In this document: positions 41,222 to 53,000 of the stretch, one piece after another
How the letters are laid out: each line of letters begins with the position of its first letter
Position numbering within the stretch: position 1 is the first letter of the stretch
The notes under the pieces: model-generated
Databases searched by the model: none
The model's input: the letters and a program-made list of their open reading frames with translations, nothing else
What the model was told of the DNA's origin: nothing
DNA from: Escherichia coli
GTDB taxonomy: Bacteria; Pseudomonadota; Gammaproteobacteria; Enterobacterales; Enterobacteriaceae
NCBI RefSeq assembly: GCF_013315695.1
Contig: NZ_CP054353.1
Direction: 5' to 3' (one strand)
Length of the DNA stretch: 64,000 bases
Translations under genes and position numbers: made by a program

Positions 41222-41503
41222 CTACCTTTGCCTCTTGCCGCCATTTAACCGGAAGGCGTTACCGTTCGGTTGCGCTATCCCCATGCGGTGTTGCGTTTCG
41301 GTAACAGCTTTATGCAGGTCGCCAAATTCCTCAACCTTCACGGGCGGGCGCTTCACGTTCTCCAGACACGTTTCACGGCGGCGCTTTATCCATTCCCGAT
41401 CATCGTCCTCGGTGCATAACAGCATGACTTCCATCCATCGTGCGGCAGCTCTCCGGTATAGCCCTTTTGACTCCAGCTCTTCAGCTTTCCTGTCCCTTAT
41501 CAT
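41222..41503 (-). CDS. PerC-family transcriptional activator
   Basis: 93 aa. MIRDRKAEELESKGLYRRAAARWMEVMLL matches the PerC/Pch N-terminal signature. Confidence 0.75.
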   Translation of the reverse strand: MIRDRKAEELESKGLYRRAAARWMEVMLLCTEDDDREWIKRRRETCLENVKRPPVKVEEFGDLHKAVTETQHRMGIAQPNGNAFRLNGGKRQR

Positions 41504-41537
41504 TTCTGCCTCTCAGATTATATAGATAAGCAAAAAG

Positions 41538-41682
41538 GTGTTGGTTCAGTTGGTTCAGTTGGTTCAGTTGGTTCAGTTGGTTCAATTTGTAAAGATTGTT
41601 GTTTTTATTGTGTTTTTTCTGAAATATTGAACCAACATCAACTCATTTTGAACCAACACAGCCCAGCTCTGAACCAACAACA
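41538..41682 (+). repeat. Iteron origin-like structure B
   Basis: Five tandem gttggttca units (41540..41584), then atttgtaaaga and an AT-rich spacer, then three inverted tgaaccaaca units. This is the same architecture as 18349..18455. Confidence 0.6.
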
Positions 41683-41780
41683 CAGCGATAGATTTGTGAT
41701 TGGTCCGTTATTTTCTGGCTGATATTTGAGCGTATAACAGTGTTATACAGTGGTATACTGTATGGATATTACTCACTGAT

Positions 41781-42236
41781 ATGGTCTTTGCAATGAGCAA
41801 ATCTAATCTGGTCGCGTTCCGCATCCCATCTGAATTGCAGGATGAGTTTAATCGGTCTGTTCTCGCTTCTGGAGGAGATAAAACCTCCTGGCTTGTTGAT
41901 GCGATTCGCATGAAGCTGGGGCAGCCGGAAAAGTCTATTGATTCACGAATGCTTGGGCTGGTGGAGCGCATGGAAAAAGCCGCTGCGTCGCTTATTGCCG
42001 GAAAGCCGAACATCCCACCAAAACCATATAACGAAACGGCAGTTATAAAGATCATTGCCGATACCATCCAACAGGGATTTGATAATGGGCGTGTGATAGC
42101 TGAACGGATCAATGAAGCAGGCTATCAAACAAAAGCTGGTAAAGCGTGGGATAAAGATATTTACAGCGCGTGGAAGCGTCAGGGAAGCAATGCTGAAAAG
42201 CTAAAAGCAGTGATTGATTGTAAGGTCAGCGTATAA
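41781..42236 (+). CDS. Putative DNA-binding protein (N-terminal ribbon-helix-helix, C-terminal HTH-like)
   Basis: 151 aa. SNLVAFRIPSELQDEFNRSVLASGGDKTSWLVDAIRMKL is CopG/Arc-like. An inverted repeat, atacagt-ggtat-actgtat, lies just upstream (about 41738..41756). Confidence 0.5.
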   Translation: MVFAMSKSNLVAFRIPSELQDEFNRSVLASGGDKTSWLVDAIRMKLGQPEKSIDSRMLGLVERMEKAAASLIAGKPNIPPKPYNETAVIKIIADTIQQGFDNGRVIAERINEAGYQTKAGKAWDKDIYSAWKRQGSNAEKLKAVIDCKVSV

Positions 42237-42315
42237 ACATGAGTGCCCATTGGAAAGTTGCTTGGGCCAATACCTTTATACACCAGCAGGTAGTGACGAT
42301 AGGTGAGGATCAGAT

Positions 42316-42537
42316 ATGAAAGGCAGAACGCCACACATTGAACATCAAGCCAACCACTTCCCTGATGTTCGCAATGAGATGATTGCCATTCGCGGTGATA
42401 TGCACGGATTGGAGCGTCGAATTATTGATAAGATTGATGAAAATAGAGATAAGGCCAGTGAAAATCAAAAGTGGATCATCGGCCTGTTGATTTTATCAAT
42501 TCTTATCCCGCTACTTATCGCATTGGTCACAAAATGA
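42316..42537 (+). CDS. XhlA-like small membrane protein
   Basis: 73 aa. It has a coiled-coil N-terminus and a single C-terminal TM helix (WIIGLLILSILIPLLIALV), as in the XhlA family. Confidence 0.5.
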   Translation: MKGRTPHIEHQANHFPDVRNEMIAIRGDMHGLERRIIDKIDENRDKASENQKWIIGLLILSILIPLLIALVTK

Positions 42538-42560
42538 ATATCCAATGTGTATGCTGTCGA

Positions 42561-42593
42561 TGCTACGCGCGCGTACTTGTCGCAAAATATCAG
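42561..42593 (+). repeat. (CG)n-palindrome repeat, copy B (tgctacgcgcgcgtacttgtcgcaaaatatcag)
   Basis: It contains the 12-bp palindrome tacgcgcgcgta, 24 nt after the XhlA-like stop. Confidence 0.7.
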
Positions 42594-42800
42594 GCAAAGG
42601 CCAGATTCAGAAAGTCGTGATAACCACCAGCACAACATGAGAGGTCATGTAACGCGATTTATCACACCAGATACATGTGATTGGTGTACCCGCATAAAAC
42701 ATCGTCATAGCGCGTCCTGTGCGCATATACGCCGATAATCAACACATCACCACCACTCTGTCTCATGTAGAGAACAGTTTTATGGTATCCCCCGCCATCG

Positions 42801-42948
42801 TGTGCGTACTGGTCGGACGCAGTTGCAAAAAATTTTGCAACTGATACCCCTCGCGCGCGTACTGGTCACGAAATTGGTGTTTTGCTGTGGCAGTGATATC
42901 AGAAAAATCTTCCTGTTTCACATAAAGCGGATATGCGCGTACTGTAAC
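42801..42948 (+). repeat. Three further GYGCGTACTKGT copies plus a 10-bp inverted repeat
   Basis: The copies are gtgcgtactggtc (42802), gcgcgtactggtc (42854) and gcgcgtactgtaa (42935). The inverted repeat agttgcaaaa-aa-ttttgcaact lies at 42821..42842. Confidence 0.6.
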
Positions 42949-43058
42949 GGCCCCATCAACTGGGAGCGGACTTGAAATCCCGACCCAAGCTATGTACCAA
43001 ATGCCATGTCTTGGATATATGATGATTGCCATTCTAAACAACGCTAAAGGGGGTTGGT

Positions 43059-43673
43059 GTGAGCAGAAAAGATACTAAAGAATTGCTAACTATCTGCATG
43101 GTGTACTTTTCAATTTATTTTTGTGCATACATGATAGTCCCAGATGAGTTTGAACATGGCAGTATTATTTATTCCATAACATTCTATTTTTTAGAGCTAA
43201 CACCAATTTTGGCTATCCTTTTGGGAATACATATTTATTTTTCCTTAAAAAAAGAATCGACTAATTGGGAGAAGGTATGGAGAGACAGAGGATTTCTAAC
43301 ATCACCTAAAGATGATGCATATGAGAGTGATTTTTCTGACTTTATAACAAACTACTACTCCAGCGAACAATTCAAAAATAGACTGTCTGATGTTTGGGAA
43401 ACAGCAATGTATTCCATAGGGATTATATTATTGATACTTACTGGTATTGCTCAATATGTTTTTAACATTGACTTATCATTAAATCCTGAAAATTTAATAT
43501 CGCCATTGATTTTTGGTGAGATATTGATCTTCTCATTCGGAATTTTCTTGAGTGTTGTTCTCTGCTCATTATGCAAGCTACTGACTAACAGGTATCCGGG
43601 TGAAGCAAGGAGAGCAAGAAAGGCAAATCCATATTATCTTTTATTTCCTAATGGAGACAGCAGAGATATCTAA
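43059..43673 (+). CDS. Four-TM membrane protein, moron-like (sits where P22 carries sieA)
   Basis: 204 aa with a GTG start after a strong SD (aaaggggg). It has four hydrophobic segments and is visibly AT-rich. It is divergent from the gp16-like gene in the ancestral orientation. Confidence 0.6.
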   Translation: MSRKDTKELLTICMVYFSIYFCAYMIVPDEFEHGSIIYSITFYFLELTPILAILLGIHIYFSLKKESTNWEKVWRDRGFLTSPKDDAYESDFSDFITNYYSSEQFKNRLSDVWETAMYSIGIILLILTGIAQYVFNIDLSLNPENLISPLIFGEILIFSFGIFLSVVLCSLCKLLTNRYPGEARRARKANPYYLLFPNGDSRDI

Positions 43674-43692
43674 GCCATCCATGGCTAACCAG

Positions 43693-45798
43693 TTATTGAG
43701 CTTCTTTTTGTGATGCCTGTGCGACTCTGGTGAGCGATTGTGTGACCGTACTGATCGCTCTGTCATATGCTGTGCTACCTTTTGGCGTATTTGCCAGACG
43801 TAACAAGGCATTTCGTATAACAGGGCTTTCGTATGCCTTCGCTGCTCCGCCTACGGCACCAGCAGCAGGAACAACAAACGCAGCCGTTTTTAGCATCCCC
43901 GCTAATACTGCTGCGTTTATGATGCCACCACCAACTAACAATCCATAAAGCTGCTGACCATTTAAGTTTTGAACGTTCGCTTTTGCCGCGTGTCTTGTAT
44001 CGTTGAGGTATTTAATAACGCCGTCCAGTTCCTTTCCATGTACGCCTTTAAAGAAAGTTGCTGATTGCTTCCTGTTCCGGTGTAACGCATTAATAAACTT
44101 CTCAACACTGATATTTCCAGACGGATCAGTCGCCTTATCTACAGCATTCTGAACTATGGCTGCTCGTGCGTTTTGCCTACCATTGTCATCCAGAAGCCTG
44201 TAAAGCTGAGAACGTTCTGATGGGCTTTGGCTAAAAACGAGTTTTGTTACATCCTCAGGCGTGGCCTTACCGCTGGCTATTGCCTTTTGAACGCGCGTTC
44301 TTCCCATCATGTCATTGAATTTAGACCATGACCGATCAACCCTTGCCATATTAATGGCTTCGTCTGCTCCAAGATTTTTGGCTACGGCTTTTTTCATATC
44401 CGCCGTATATGCCTTGTAGATAATATCGCTGGCTTTCTGGAGCGTATCTTTATCAACAGTGTCAGATGACGCCATAAATCGCTTTCGAAGATCGGTTCTG
44501 TTTTCCCTCGCCAGACGCAGGTCATTTGGTCCGCTGGTGATATCGTCTTTAAATTGCTGCAAGACTTTTACCGCGGCTCTATCCTGAGATTTGCCCGGGC
44601 GGCTTAACACGGCAATCTGATTGTCGATAGCTTTTACCGTGTTTGAGAGATCGACAGGGGTATCCCCCATAGCGTCAATTATGCGGTTATATCGCTTTCC
44701 TGCTGCCTCAATGAATTTTTGTTGCCCTTTAGTCGCAGATTCATAAAGCTGTTTATCAGAAATGCCACCCAGACCATCGCTAAATGTTCTGACTAAATTT
44801 TCTCGTGCTTGTTGTTGATTCAGCCGATTCTTACCGGTTCCAAAAAAAGGAACTCTTTCGCCTAATGTCTGAGCCTGACTCTGCATAAAGGTTTTATCTT
44901 TCAGCATGTCACTGGTCATTAACGGCAGATTTCTTTCCGATGCAAAGTTGACAGCAGCCTTTGCTTCAGGCGACATATCACCACGAACAGCCCTCGAAAC
45001 CGCACTCGCTGTATTTTCCAGCCCCTTACCAATACCACCAATGCCAGCAGAAATTACCGTTTGTAACGGATCAATATCTTCTCCACCAGCAAGGCTGGTG
45101 GCTCCCTGTAGTGCTAAATCTGTAGCTGCTGATTTTCCTATGGCACCAAGCACCGTTCCAGCCCTGCCCGCTGGTGTAAACGCCAGCGCATTAGCCAGAA
45201 ACGATGCCACGTCTTGCGGCGATAAACCCGGCTTGTTCAGAGCATAATCACCGGATGGCAGGGAAACGATAGTGTTACCCTTCTCATCCTGCCTTAATTT
45301 CGCTCCCATGCTCTGAAGAATCTTTTCCTGAGATGCGTCAGAGCCGAAAAGTTGAGACCATCGAGCTTTTAGAGCACCCATGCTGAGTGAGGTTAACTCT
45401 GGGGCAAGGTCGACATTTTGCAGTCTCTCCATCTCTGGAGTCATTCGGCTTTCGCCTGTTATAGCATCGCGCATCGCAGCCCCAAGACTGGCTCCCTGTT
45501 CTGCTGAACGCTCAAGCCCCTCTCTTTGCTGAGTAGCTAACTTTGCATACCCTGACGCAAGAGAATTATCAGATGATGTATGTTGAATATTTTGAGTTGC
45601 TGATTGGGATCGGTCTATTTCATTCGTTGATGGTAGTGGATAGGCAGCATAAAAAGCCTGCTTAGCCTGCGCTACACTTTCTCCGGCTTGCGGGGCCACG
45701 ACTTCATTGAAGTATTGCTCCTGAGCCTGCGCTTTTTGTTCTGGTGCTAACGCCTGATACTGTGGAGAGGCGATAACATCTTTCCATGCTTTAGCCAT
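43693..45798 (-). CDS. P22 gp16-like ejection protein
   Basis: 701 aa starting MAKAWKDVIASPQYQALAPEQKAQAQEQYFNEVV. It is Ala/Gln/Gly-rich. In the reconstructed ancestral sequence its ATG overlaps the gp20-like stop (ATGGCTAA). Confidence 0.55.
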   Translation of the reverse strand: MAKAWKDVIASPQYQALAPEQKAQAQEQYFNEVVAPQAGESVAQAKQAFYAAYPLPSTNEIDRSQSATQNIQHTSSDNSLASGYAKLATQQREGLERSAEQGASLGAAMRDAITGESRMTPEMERLQNVDLAPELTSLSMGALKARWSQLFGSDASQEKILQSMGAKLRQDEKGNTIVSLPSGDYALNKPGLSPQDVASFLANALAFTPAGRAGTVLGAIGKSAATDLALQGATSLAGGEDIDPLQTVISAGIGGIGKGLENTASAVSRAVRGDMSPEAKAAVNFASERNLPLMTSDMLKDKTFMQSQAQTLGERVPFFGTGKNRLNQQQARENLVRTFSDGLGGISDKQLYESATKGQQKFIEAAGKRYNRIIDAMGDTPVDLSNTVKAIDNQIAVLSRPGKSQDRAAVKVLQQFKDDITSGPNDLRLARENRTDLRKRFMASSDTVDKDTLQKASDIIYKAYTADMKKAVAKNLGADEAINMARVDRSWSKFNDMMGRTRVQKAIASGKATPEDVTKLVFSQSPSERSQLYRLLDDNGRQNARAAIVQNAVDKATDPSGNISVEKFINALHRNRKQSATFFKGVHGKELDGVIKYLNDTRHAAKANVQNLNGQQLYGLLVGGGIINAAVLAGMLKTAAFVVPAAGAVGGAAKAYESPVIRNALLRLANTPKGSTAYDRAISTVTQSLTRVAQASQKEAQ

Positions 45799-45862
45799 TA
45801 ATCACCCGGTGATGCTGCCAACTTACTGATTTAGTGTATGATGGTGTTTTTGAGGTGCTCCA

Positions 45863-46138
45863 GTGGCTTCTGTTTCTATCAGCTGTCCCTCCTGTTCAGC
45901 TACTGACGGGGTGGTGCGTAACGGCAAAAGCACCGCCGGACATCAGCGCTATCTCTGCTCTCACTGCCGTAAAACATGGCAACTGCAGTTCACTTACACC
46001 GCTTCTCAACCCGGTACGCACCAGAAAATCATTGATATGGCCATGAATGGCGTTGGATGCCGGGCAACAGCCCGCATTATGGGCGTTGGCCTCAACACGA
46101 TTTTACGTCACTTAAAAAACTCAGGCCGCAGTCGGTAA
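45863..46138 (+). CDS. insA: IS1 InsA
   Basis: Identical 91-aa ORF. Confidence 0.92.
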
Positions 46139-46560
46139 CCTCGCGCATACAGCCGGGCAGTGACGTCATCGTCTGCGCGGAAATGGACGAACAGTGGGGC
46201 TATGTCGGGGCTAAATCGCGCCAGCGCTGGCTGTTTTACGCGTATGACAGGCTCCGGAAGACGGTTGTTGCGCACGTATTCGGTGAACGCACTATGGCGA
46301 CGCTGGGGCGTCTTATGAGCCTGCTGTCACCCTTTGACGTGGTGATATGGATGACGGATGGCTGGCCGCTGTATGAATCCCGCCTGAAGGGAAAGCTGCA
46401 CGTAATCAGCAAGCGATATACGCAGCGAATTGAGCGGCATAACCTGAATCTGAGGCAGCACCTGGCACGGCTGGGACGGAAGTCGCTGTCGTTCTCAAAA
46501 TCGGTGGAGCTGCATGACAAAGTCATCGGGCATTATCTGAATATAAAACACTATCAATAA
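46057..46560 (+). CDS. insB: IS1 InsB' frame
   Basis: Identical 167-aa ORF. The frameshift A-run ttaaaaaac lies within the insA/insB overlap. Confidence 0.9.
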
Positions 46561-46608
46561 GTTGGAGTCATTACCCGTTTATTCATAATAAATCTCCTGA
46601 AAGTTTAG

Positions 46609-49532
<2,924 letters not shown>

Positions 49533-49993
49533 TTATCGTTCATGAGAAGCATAACGTAAAGGGAAAAGCTCGATTAGACGGCAGGATTTGTCAGGGGTTA
49601 TGAACGAAATTCATAAATCTGTTTGAGTGTTGCGATGAGTCGTGCAAGTTCGATATCCCTGCAATTCACAGTCTGATGAAGGAAAATGAATATCCATAAA
49701 AAATATATCGGTTTATCCTGGCGTATATACCTACTTCGACGTATTTCCAATAGTTGCTAATTAAAGGCAGGTCATTATTATTCACTCTGAATAATGAATT
49801 ATTCACTGTCCGCAGAGTAAGAAATATAACTTAGGTATCTATTTAATGACTTGCACAAAAAGCTAAATTTTCACCCATAAATAAAAATATAATCCCGCGC
49901 CCAACCACCTGATGAGTGGCTACAGGCACTGGATATATTAGGTGGCGGTGTACTTTCTTACATAAAGGTATTTCCTTTTCTGCGGAAAAGGAA

Positions 49994-50015
49994 ACCGGGA
50001 AATCCCCGGTTTTTC
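49994..50015 (+). terminator. Intrinsic-terminator-like hairpin in the eaeH leader
   Basis: accggg (49994..49999) pairs with cccggt (50005..50010) and is followed by ttttt. A second hairpin, ccttttc/gaaaagg, lies at 49974..49991. The structure is 68 nt upstream of the eaeH ATG. Confidence 0.4.
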
Positions 50016-50082
50016 TGACAAGCAGACGCCATTATTTGTGTCTGCCTATGTTCGTTAATTCGTTCATCAGGAAATTATCTCA

Positions 50083-53000
50083 ATGTCACGTTATAAAATA
50101 GGTCATAAACAACCACAATTTCGTTATTCAGTTCTGGCCCGCTGCGTGGCGTGGGCAAATATCTCTGTTCAGGTTCTTTTTCCACTCGCTGTCACCTTTA
50201 CCCCAGTAATGGCGGCACGTGCGCAGCATGCGGTTCAGCCACGGTTGAGCATGGGAAATACTACGGTAACTGCTGATAATAACGTGGAGAAAAATGTCGC
50301 GTCGTTTGCCGCAAATGCCGGGACATTTTTAAGCAGTCAGCCAGATAGCGATGCGACACGTAATTTTATTACCGGAATGGCCACCGCTAAAGCTAACCAG
50401 GAAATACAGGAGTGGCTCGGGAAATATGGTACAGCGCGCGTCAAACTGAATGTCGATAAAGATTTCTCGCTGAAGGATTCTTCGCTGGAAATGCTTTATC
50501 CGATTTATGATACGCCGACAAATATGTTGTTCACTCAGGGGGCAATACATCGTACAGACGATCGTACTCAGTCAAATATTGGTTTTGGCTGGCGTCATTT
50601 TTCAGGAAATGACTGGATGGCGGGGGTGAATACTTTTATCGATCATGATTTATCCCGTAGTCATACCCGCATTGGTGTTGGTGCGGAATACTGGCGCGAT
50701 TATTTGAAACTGAGCGCCAATGGTTATATTCGGGCTTCTGGCTGGAAAAAATCGCCGGATATTGAGGATTATCAGGAACGCCCGGCGAATGGTTGGGATA
50801 TCCGCGCAGAGGGCTATTTACCTGCCTGGCCGCAGCTTGGCGCAAGCCTGATGTATGAACAGTATTATGGCGATGAAGTCGGGCTGTTTGGTAAAGATAA
50901 ACGCCAGAAAGACCCGCATGCTATTTCTGCCGAGGTAACCTATACACCAGTGCCTCTTCTGACACTGAGCGCCGGGCATAAGCAGGGCAAGAGCGGTGAG
51001 AATGACACTCGCTTTGGCCTGGAAGTTAACTACCGAATTGGCGAACCTTTGGCGAAACAACTCGATACGGATAGCATTCGCGAGCGTCGAATGCTGGCAG
51101 GCAGCCGCTATGACCTGGTTGAGCGTAATAACAACATCGTTCTTGAGTATCGCAAATCTGAAGTGATCCGTATTGCTCTGCCTGACCGTATTGCAGGTAA
51201 GGGCGGGCAGACGGTTTCCCTGGGACTTGTGGTGAGTAAAGCAACTCACGGTCTGAAAAATGTTCAATGGGAAGCGCCGTCTTTGCTGGCCGCAGGCGGA
51301 AAAATTACGGGGCAGGGTAATCAGTGGCAAGTGACGCTCCCGGCTTACCAGGCAGGCAAAGACAATTATTATGCGATTTCTGCGGTTGCCTACGATAACA
51401 AAGGCAATGCCTCAAAACGCGTGCAGACAGAGGTGGTCATTACCGGAGCAGGTATGAGTGCCGAGCGCACGGCGTTAACGCTTGACGGTCAGAGCCGTAT
51501 TCAAATGCTTGCTAACGGTAGTGAGCAAAAGCCACTGGTGCTTTCTCTGCGCGACGCCGAGGGGCAGCCAGTCACGGGCATGAAAGATCAGATCAAGACT
51601 GAGCTGACGTTCAAGCCAGCTGGAAATATTGTGACTCGTACCCTGAAGGCCACTAAATCACAGGCACAGCCAACACTGGGTGAGTTCACCGAAACTGAAG
51701 CAGGGGTGTATCAGTCTGTCTTTACTACCGGAACGCAGTCAGGTGAGGCAACGATTACTGTTAGCGTTGATGACATGAGCAAAACTGTCACTGCAGAACT
51801 GCGGGCCACGATGATGGATGTGGCAAACTCCACCCTGAGCGCTAACGAGCCGTCAGGTGATGTGGTTGCTGATGGTCAGCAAGTCTACACGCTGACACTG
51901 ACAGCGGTGGACTCCGAGGGTAATCCGGTGACGGGAGAAGCCAGCCGCCTGCGACTTGTTCCGCAAGACACTAATGGTGTAACCATTGGTGCCATTTCGG
52001 AAATAAAACCAGGGGTTTACAGCGCCACGGTTTCTTCGACCCGTGCCGGAAACGTTGTTGTGCGTGCCTTTAGCGAGCAGTATCAGTTGGGCTCATTACA
52101 ACAAACGCTGAAGTTTGTCGCCGGGCCGCTTGATGCAGCACATTCGACCATCGCCCTGAATCCGGATAAACCGGTGGTTGGTGGTACGCTTACGGCAATC
52201 TGGACGGCAAAAGATGCCAATGGCAACCCTGTAATTGGCCTCAATCCAGATGCACCGTCATTATCTGGCGCAGCCGCTGCGGGGTCTATGGCATCAGGCT
52301 GGACGGATAATGGCGACGGGACCTGGACTGCGCAGATTACTCTCGGCACTACGGCGGGGGAATTAGAGGTTATGCCGAAGCTCAATGGGCAGGACGCGGC
52401 AGCGAATGCGGCTAAAGTGACCGTGGTGGCTGATGCGTTATCTTCAGGCCAGTCGACAGTCTCTGTAGCCGCAGACCGCGTAAAAGCAGGCGAAAGCACA
52501 ACCGTGACGCTTATTGCAAAAGATGCGCATGGCAACGCTATCAGTGGCCTTTCCCTGTCGGCAAGCCTGACGGGTGCTGCGTCTGAAGGGGCGACGGTAT
52601 CCAACTGGACCGAGCAGGGCGATGGTTCCTATGTCGCTACGCTGACCACAGGGGGAAAGACGGGTGAGCTTCTCGTTATGCCGCTATTCAACGGTCAGCC
52701 AGCAGCCACCGATGCTGCGCGGTTGACTGTCGTTGCGGGGGAGATGTCATCAGCGAACTCTACGCTTGTTGCTGACAATGAGTCTCCGACCGTCAAAACG
52801 ACGACGAAACTCACCTTCACCGTGAAGGATGCGTACGGGAACCTTGTCACCGGGCTGAAGCCAGATGCACCGCAGTTTAGTGGTGCCGCCAGCACGGGGA
52901 CAGAGCGACCTTCAGCAGGAGACTGGACAGAAACAAGTAATGGGGTCTACGTGGCGACCTTAACGCTGGGATCTGCCGCGGGTCAGCTGTCTGTGATGCC

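Larger units (their letters stand above)
39524..45807. mobile_element. Element E1, right segment (inverted relative to its left segment by the IS1 inversion)
   Basis: It runs from the degenerate att copy to the IS1 copy 3 junction. That junction carries the reverse complement of the target duplication found at 21617..21625. Confidence 0.65.
45808..46575 (+). mobile_element. IS1 copy 3 (768 bp)
   Basis: The ends are ggtgatgctgccaacttactgat... and ...gttggagtcattacc. The flanks are taatcaccc (left) and cgtttattc (right), which are the reverse complements of the copy 1 flanks. Confidence 0.97.

Noticed and set aside
41106-41525. 139-aa plus-strand ORF
   Set aside because: It is antisense to the PerC-family gene, which has a clear family signature. 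It also runs through repeat copy A.
41540-41584. Five perfect tandem 9-bp repeats considered as a possible CRISPR or VNTR
   Set aside because: The unit is far too short and there are no spacers. The array has inverted partner repeats across an AT-rich spacer and a paralogous copy next to the primase gene. It is interpreted as origin iterons.
41738-41770. Possible LexA (SOS) box upstream of the 151-aa gene
   Set aside because: The palindrome is atacagt-N5-actgtat. This does not fit the CTGT-N8-ACAG arrangement of E. coli LexA boxes. It is more likely an autoregulatory operator.
42547-43041. 63-aa plus-strand ORF and 92-aa minus-strand ORF between the XhlA-like and membrane-protein genes
   Set aside because: Both have non-ATG or SD-less starts. 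Both are largely made of the GYGCGTACTKGT repeat copies and an inverted repeat. The region is treated as regulatory.
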